Source: Faecousia sp.
GTDB lineage: Bacteria > Bacillota > Clostridia > Oscillospirales > Oscillospiraceae
Direction: 5' to 3'
Length of the DNA stretch: 64,000 nt
Assembly: GCA_045605575.1 (NCBI GenBank)
Contig: JAZUQE010000147.1
Span: 10,672 to 74,671 of the forward strand
Of this stretch, positions 58,500 through 64,000 are shown piece after piece. The notes beneath the pieces were generated by a model that was not told where the DNA came from, ran no database searches, and saw nothing but the letters and a program-made list of their open reading frames with translations. Position 1 is the stretch's first letter. Each line of letters begins with the position of its first letter. The position numbers were made by a program, and so were the translations under genes.

Positions 58500-61163
58500 T
58501 CAGAAATCCTCCAGATCGTCATCAAAGGATTCGTTGTCAAGGTCTTCAAATGCCATTTGAGCAACGCCACCGGAACGCATGAGTTCCCACTGTTCTTTTG
58601 TGATCAGGATAGAGCGGGGTTTGCTTCCCTGGAACGGGCCTACGATCCCCTTCTCTTCCATTTCATCCACAATTCTGGCAGCTCTCGCGTATCCAAGCTT
58701 CAAGCGACGCTGAAGCATAGAAACAGATGCCTGACCGGTTTCCAGGATCACGTCTACAGCAGCAGGAAGCATTTCGTCGCCGGCAAGCTCTTCTTGAGAA
58801 GGCTCCAAATCGGGTGCTGCGGACTTAGAACCGGTCTGCGCTGCTTTCCGCTCGATCTCCTCAATGACCTCTTGATCATAGGAGGTGGTATAATTCTCTT
58901 TTACGTAATTTGCAACTGCCTCCACCTCACTGTCGCTTACAAAACAGCCTTGAACCCGCTTGGGTTTGCCGCAACCAATGGGGGCATAGAGCATGTCACC
59001 CTTGCCGACCAATTTTTCTGCTCCCTGGGTGTCCAGTATAATGCGGGATTCCATTGCAGAAGACACAGCGAAAGCGATTCTGGAGGGGATGTTTGCCTTC
59101 ATCAAACCGGTGATCACATCCGCGGAAGGCCGCTGTGTGGCGATCACCAGGTGCATACCGGCAGCACGTCCCATCTGGGCGATACGGCAAATAGATTCCT
59201 CTACTTCTTTTGCGGCGACTAACATGAGGTCCGCCAGCTCGTCGATAATGACGACTACCTGAGGAAGCTTCTGCCCGCCTTCCTCCTGCTCGACAATGCT
59301 GTTATAAGATTCCAAATCGCGAACGCCAACGTCGGACATGGCTTTGTAACGCCGCATCATCTCCGTAACAGCCCACTGCAGCGAGCCTGCAGCTTTCTTC
59401 GGATCTGTTACAACAGGGATCAAAAGATGAGGAATAGAGTTGTAGATACCCAATTCTACCATCTTTGGATCGATCATGATCAGCTTCACATCTTCAGGGC
59501 TTGCCTTATACAGCAAAGAGATAATAATAGAGTTCATGCAGACGGACTTACCAGAACCGGTAGTACCTGCAATTAACATATGAGGAAGCTTTGCGATATT
59601 ACCTACAATGCTGTTGCCGCCGATATCTTTACCCACAGCAAAGGAGGATTTGGATTTTGCTTTCGTAAATTCAGGTGAATCAATGACTTCTCGCAGGGAA
59701 ACTGTAGTGACAGCTTTATTGGGAACTTCGATACCAACTACGGAGATCTTGCCGGGAACGGCAGCAATTCTTACACCGGAGGCACCCAAGCTCAGTGCAA
59801 TATCCACAGAAGCGGAGGTGAGCTTGCTGAGGCGGACACCCTTTTCCAGCTCTACCTCATAACGAGTAACACTGGGACCTCTGGTGACATTGATGATATG
59901 CGCCTCGATCTTGAAGCTTTCCAAAGTCTCGTTCAACCGACGGGAATTCTCGCGCATTTCAGCCGTACCGTCTGCAGCAGCGCCGAGAGGCTTTTTCAGC
60001 AGATCGATAGGCGGATAACAATACTCTACAGCTTCCTCGGCTGACTTTTGCTGAATCTCCCGTTCAACCTGAACAGCAGAAGCTTCCGCTTCTTTAGAGG
60101 TAACCTTTCTGGGTTTTACGATCTTGGGCGCGTTCTGCACGGGCGTACTGGGATCAAAGGGAGGCATCTGCTCCGGGATCTCCTCCTGTTCCGGCAAAGT
60201 GACAGGGGCAGCAAGGGTCTCGCGTTCTTCCTTAGCGGCAGCAACCGGTATTAATACCTCTTCGTCGGTATACTGGGACGTATCCTGTTTGTCAGATACC
60301 GCTGCAGTATCCACATCCGCCTCGATTTCACGCATCATCTCTTTGACACGATCTTCTTTAGTAGCGCGTTTTTCGTGTTTTTTCTTTTCAGAAAGATCAT
60401 CCTGCTGCTCAAGTGCAGCCTTATTTCGCTGATTCTGCACATACTCAATGCGCTTATTCGCAATATGATTGACCACAATGGCAGCAGGTTCGGGCTGCGG
60501 CTCCTTCTGATCTTCTTCCTCCCACTCGGCCCGGGGACGGTTTTGGATCGCGCGGATTATGCTGGGAATGGTGATCTGCATAGCACCCAAAAGTGTGAAA
60601 ATAGCTGTGAGAATCATGAGAATATAGGAGAGCACGATGCCGCAGAGCCACCGAACCAGCATTGCAATGCCGCCGCAGATGACACCTCCGGTGGAATAGG
60701 TAATGCCTCCCGAGTAAAGGTAACCGATCGTCTCAATACCGCTGGGCACGCTTTGAGGATTCAGACTCAAGTGGGCAATGCAGCCGCAAGCCAGCACGAA
60801 AACAGCAAGGCAAACGCTGCGCATAACCACAGGACGCTTCCCACTAAAGGCATGAATAAAGAACAAATAAAGGAATACCGGAATCGAGACAATAAAACCT
60901 ACCCGGCCAAAAAGGCCCAGCACAAAATCTTCCAGCAGGCCGGTCAGCGCGCCTTCCGGTTTCAGAAAGATCACCAGGAACAGGATAAACAGGGCCAAGA
61001 AAATGCCCGATGAGATGAAACGAATGGGCACTTGCTCTAAAATGGAAGGGGCAGTTTTTTTAGCTGCAGCTTTCTTGGAATTGGAAGCGGAGGTTCCTTT
61101 TTTAGAGCCGGACTTTGAAGAAGATGCTTTTTGGGCCTGGGACTTTCGCTTATTATCTGGCAT
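58500..61163 (-). CDS. ftsK: DNA translocase FtsK/SpoIIIE
   Basis: N-terminal TMs, GPSVTRYE, PHMLIAGTTGSGKS, IDELADLM, gamma domain S.LQRRLK.GY.RA.R. Confidence 0.96.
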   Translation of the reverse strand: MPDNKRKSQAQKASSSKSGSKKGTSASNSKKAAAKKTAPSILEQVPIRFISSGIFLALFILFLVIFLKPEGALTGLLEDFVLGLFGRVGFIVSIPVFLYLFFIHAFSGKRPVVMRSVCLAVFVLACGCIAHLSLNPQSVPSGIETIGYLYSGGITYSTGGVICGGIAMLVRWLCGIVLSYILMILTAIFTLLGAMQITIPSIIRAIQNRPRAEWEEEDQKEPQPEPAAIVVNHIANKRIEYVQNQRNKAALEQQDDLSEKKKHEKRATKEDRVKEMMREIEADVDTAAVSDKQDTSQYTDEEVLIPVAAAKEERETLAAPVTLPEQEEIPEQMPPFDPSTPVQNAPKIVKPRKVTSKEAEASAVQVEREIQQKSAEEAVEYCYPPIDLLKKPLGAAADGTAEMRENSRRLNETLESFKIEAHIINVTRGPSVTRYEVELEKGVRLSKLTSASVDIALSLGASGVRIAAVPGKISVVGIEVPNKAVTTVSLREVIDSPEFTKAKSKSSFAVGKDIGGNSIVGNIAKLPHMLIAGTTGSGKSVCMNSIIISLLYKASPEDVKLIMIDPKMVELGIYNSIPHLLIPVVTDPKKAAGSLQWAVTEMMRRYKAMSDVGVRDLESYNSIVEQEEGGQKLPQVVVIIDELADLMLVAAKEVEESICRIAQMGRAAGMHLVIATQRPSADVITGLMKANIPSRIAFAVSSAMESRIILDTQGAEKLVGKGDMLYAPIGCGKPKRVQGCFVSDSEVEAVANYVKENYTTSYDQEVIEEIERKAAQTGSKSAAPDLEPSQEELAGDEMLPAAVDVILETGQASVSMLQRRLKLGYARAARIVDEMEEKGIVGPFQGSKPRSILITKEQWELMRSGGVAQMAFEDLDNESFDDDLEDF

Positions 61164-61178
61164 ATGTACCTCCAATAA

Positions 61179-62015
61179 TCAGACATATAGGAAAAGAATG
61201 AATGTAAATAGGGCTGCGCCCCAGCAATAATACGAGAAATTCAAGTAGGAAGCCTTAGAAGACAGGAGTCTCATAAGGGACACAGCAAAGGTAGTACCAA
61301 TGAACGATGCGGCTGCGGCCAAGAAGGATTGCAGGATCTCTGGGAAGGCGATACCACTCATCCCAACGGATACCAGACCATAGGCATCCAGGCAGAGCAT
61401 GACAATTAAGGCAGGAAAGCTTAAATATAATCCCCACCGGAGTGCATAGGCAGGATCGGCACCGCGGCCAACAGCCACGCTGGTAATCATCCCCATTCTG
61501 GAAACACCGGGCAGTACGGATAAGATACTGCCGGTTCCGACCAGCAGCGCATCCATTCGGCTCATGCTTCGGGAATCTTTGTTGCCGTGCGGTAAGTACA
61601 TCGGAATATGCATGATAATGCCACCAAGCAGAAAAAATGCACTCATCCAATACAGAGGTTTGGTAAGACCGGATGTAAACGGATACAGTAGGAAGCCCAA
61701 AAGCATCGGAATAGCTGCAGATTTGACGAACTGAAAATCCAGAACACTTTGTATATCAGCGCGACGTCTGCTGCGGCGACGAACAGATCTGCTCAAACGG
61801 TAATCATGGTATGCGCGGCGCAGCTGCTTTCCGCAGGCGTAGTAAACCGCAGCCAAAGCACCAAAATGTACCATGAGGTCGAGCAAGTGAACATTTGCAT
61901 CAGAATTGAAGATCTGAACCATTAACACTTGATGGGCTTTTGAGGAAACAGGCAGGATTTCCGTAATACCGGAAATGAATCCATACAGCAATGCTTCCAG
62001 CAAATTGAAATCCAT
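61179..62015 (-). CDS. uppP: Undecaprenyl-diphosphatase (BacA/UppP family)
   Basis: GITE.LPVSS.AH, H.G...A, PGVSR.G. Confidence 0.8.
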   Translation of the reverse strand: MDFNLLEALLYGFISGITEILPVSSKAHQVLMVQIFNSDANVHLLDLMVHFGALAAVYYACGKQLRRAYHDYRLSRSVRRRSRRRADIQSVLDFQFVKSAAIPMLLGFLLYPFTSGLTKPLYWMSAFFLLGGIIMHIPMYLPHGNKDSRSMSRMDALLVGTGSILSVLPGVSRMGMITSVAVGRGADPAYALRWGLYLSFPALIVMLCLDAYGLVSVGMSGIAFPEILQSFLAAAASFIGTTFAVSLMRLLSSKASYLNFSYYCWGAALFTFILFLYV

Positions 62016-62083
62016 ACCTATCCCTCCCATTTTAGTCTTGGAGTATCATATCATATTTGTCAGCAAATTTCCACCCCAGATTC

Positions 62084-62791
62084 TTAATTTTCTTGTCCCT
62101 TGGGTTTATTTTGATTCTTTTTTTCGATCATTTTATGCAATGCAGCCAGGGCGTCGCTTAATCCACCCAATTTGTCGATCAATCCGGAGGCTACTGCCTC
62201 TTTGCCATACAGAATCGTACCAACATCGGTAGCCATCTCCCCTGTTGCCATCATATAGGCTTCAAACTTCTCTTTCGTAATTCCGGAGTTGGCAGTGACA
62301 AAATCCGCAATTTGTTCTTGAATGCGTTGAAAATACCGAAAAGTTTGGGGTGCGCCGACTACTAGACCCGTCATTCTTACAGGATGCACAGTCATACTGG
62401 CGGTTGGTGTAATAAACGACTTTTTTGTGCATACGGCCAGCGGGATACCGATGGAATGTCCTCCACCCAAAACAAGGGAGACGGTAGGCTTTTTCATACC
62501 GGCAATCATTTCTGCAATGGCAAGGCCGGCTTCGATATCACCGCCTACGGTATTCAATAGCAGTAAAAGTCCATCGATCTCTTCACTTTCCTCGATGCCT
62601 GCCAGAAGTGGCAGAACATGCTCATATTTTGTAGTTTTTGCGGTCTCCGGCAAAACCTGATGGCCTTCCACCTGGCCGATGATCGTGAGGGTATAAATGT
62701 TTCCCTTACTGCTTTTGGTAATATCTGACCCGAGCTCGACGACCTGCTCCCGTTCTTCCTTCTTTACTTCTGCATTTTTATTTTGTTCCAT
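62084..62791 (-). CDS. tepA: ClpP-family protein TepA
   Basis: IIGQVEGH..LP...KTTKYEH, LNTVGGD.EAGLA, GGGHSIG, HPVR; upstream of spoIIIE. Confidence 0.88.
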   Translation of the reverse strand: MEQNKNAEVKKEEREQVVELGSDITKSSKGNIYTLTIIGQVEGHQVLPETAKTTKYEHVLPLLAGIEESEEIDGLLLLLNTVGGDIEAGLAIAEMIAGMKKPTVSLVLGGGHSIGIPLAVCTKKSFITPTASMTVHPVRMTGLVVGAPQTFRYFQRIQEQIADFVTANSGITKEKFEAYMMATGEMATDVGTILYGKEAVASGLIDKLGGLSDALAALHKMIEKKNQNKPKGQEN

Positions 62792-62887
62792 AGCGTTACC
62801 TCCTGATTCCATCATATCATGCCCAATCAGGTAAAAACCATGCGAAAAGGGTGTTGACAGGTGTCGTATAATAAGTATGGTGATGAT

Positions 62888-63361
62888 ATGGCGCAAAAGA
62901 CAAACGCAATTCGAATCGTGCAGCAGGCCGGATTCCCCTGTGAGGAAGCGTTTTATGACTATAACGAACAGGATCTAAATGGCATTCATGCAGCGGAGGC
63001 GATCCATTATCCGCCGGAACAAGTGTTCAAGACACTGGTTGCACGTGGTCCGAAAACTGGGATCAATGTATTTTGCATTCCGGTGTGTTGCAGCCTGGAT
63101 CTGAAGAAGGCCGCGTCAGCCGCCGGTGACAAAAGTATGGAAATGGTGGCAGTCAAAGAACTGCTTGCACTGACCGGTTATATACGCGGCGGCTGCAGCC
63201 CCGTTGGAATGAAACGCAGCTACCCAACTTTTTTGGACGAGACCTGTCAACTGTTTGACAAGATCGCCGTATCTGCGGGTCAACGGGGACATCAGATGAT
63301 CCTATCCCCTGATGCCGTAGTAGAACTGACAAAAGCAAAATTATCAGATATTATAGTGTAA
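62888..63361 (+). CDS. ybaK: Cys-tRNA(Pro) deacylase
   Basis: KTNA.R, VFKTLV, LDLKK.A, TGYIRGGCSPVG, VSAG.RG. Confidence 0.93.
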   Translation: MAQKTNAIRIVQQAGFPCEEAFYDYNEQDLNGIHAAEAIHYPPEQVFKTLVARGPKTGINVFCIPVCCSLDLKKAASAAGDKSMEMVAVKELLALTGYIRGGCSPVGMKRSYPTFLDETCQLFDKIAVSAGQRGHQMILSPDAVVELTKAKLSDIIV

Positions 63362-63376
63362 GAAAGGAACATAATT

Positions 63377-63628
63377 ATGCAATACGAATACAAAACAAGC
63401 GGAACCTGCTCCCAGCGCATCCTGTTCGAAATAGAAGAAGGAAAGGTAAGAAACGTGACATTCCTTGGCGGCTGCAACGGCAATCTGAAGGGCATCGGTG
63501 CACTGGTAGAGGGTATGGATGCACAGGAAGTTGTCGCCAGACTGGAGGGTACTACATGCGGTATGAAATCTACCTCCTGCCCCGATCAGCTGGCAAAAGC
63601 TCTGAAGCAGGCGCTTGAACAAGCTTAA
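63377..63628 (+). CDS. TIGR03905-family TSCPD-domain protein
   Basis: G.CS..I, GGC.GN..G...LVEGM, C....TSCPDQLA.AL. Confidence 0.9.
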   Translation: MQYEYKTSGTCSQRILFEIEEGKVRNVTFLGGCNGNLKGIGALVEGMDAQEVVARLEGTTCGMKSTSCPDQLAKALKQALEQA

Positions 63629-63650
63629 ACAGAAAACACGCAATGATAGA

Positions 63651-63685
63651 AATATCCCGCAGTCTGCAAGGACTGCGGGATATAT
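63651..63685. terminator. Bidirectional hairpin
   Basis: ATATCCCGCAGTC/GACTGCGGGATAT between convergent genes. Confidence 0.7.
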
Positions 63686-63687
63686 TC

Positions 63688-64000
63688 TTATTCCTGAACT
63701 GCCTTTAAAATATGTTTGAGCAAGTCATCCTTTCCTGTTCCTTTTTCTGCAGAGAAAGGAATAACGGGGCATTCCTCCGGTAGCTCCAGATCCTGGCGGA
63801 TCGTCAATAGATTCGGTTCGATCTCGCTCTTTTTTAGCTTATCAAGCTTATTGGCGACCACAACGAAGGGGCAGCCGCTATCCATAAACCATCGAGCCAT
63901 CGTGATATCATTGTTGGTAGGCGCATGTCTGGCATCCACGATCAACACGCCGAGGTCGATACGGCCTGCTGCAAAGTAACTTTCCATCAGCCTTGCCCAT
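63688..64000 (-). CDS. engB: Ribosome biogenesis GTPase YihA/EngB (3' part)
   Basis: W..LMESYF, VDARH.PT..D, NKLDK, FSAEKGTG; 5' end lies outside the window. Confidence 0.9.
   Translation of the reverse strand, partial: WARLMESYFAAGRIDLGVLIVDARHAPTNNDITMARWFMDSGCPFVVVANKLDKLKKSEIEPNLLTIRQDLELPEECPVIPFSAEKGTGKDDLLKHILKAVQE

Noticed and set aside
57728-59222. 284-aa and 288-aa plus-strand ORFs
   Set aside because: Antisense shadows of the ECF S component and ftsK.

Overview
Core-genome window from a spore-forming Firmicute; gene content and order suggest Clostridia, probably Oscillospiraceae-like (inference). It carries spoIIAA-AB-sigF, yunB, ylbJ, yqfCD-phoH-ybeY-era-yqzL-recO, the spoIIIAA-AH operon, ftsK/spoIIIE, valS with a T-box, and many DNA-repair genes. 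Two things stand out. (1) The spore-coat Mn-catalase gene cotJC is split by a 4,439-bp element with no phage genes. The element is bounded by an 11-bp direct repeat (CCATTCGATGA, 39752-39762 and 44191-44201) and encodes a large serine recombinase, a small candidate directionality factor and three esterase-like genes. Precise excision would rebuild an in-frame 198-aa CotJC, as in skin-type developmental rearrangements. (2) Gene orientation flips from mostly + to mostly - at about 33-37 kb, as expected at a replication terminus. There a Xer-family tyrosine recombinase gene is preceded by two related palindromes (12-bp arms, 6-bp spacer), a candidate dif site and operator. Smaller observations include a PBP lacking its catalytic motifs, a NUDIX-AlkD fusion, a MerR-RDD protein with a 19-bp-spacer promoter, a pan-like RNA leader and a ~240-bp nested inverted-repeat element. 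All calls come from reading the sequence by eye; no searches were run.
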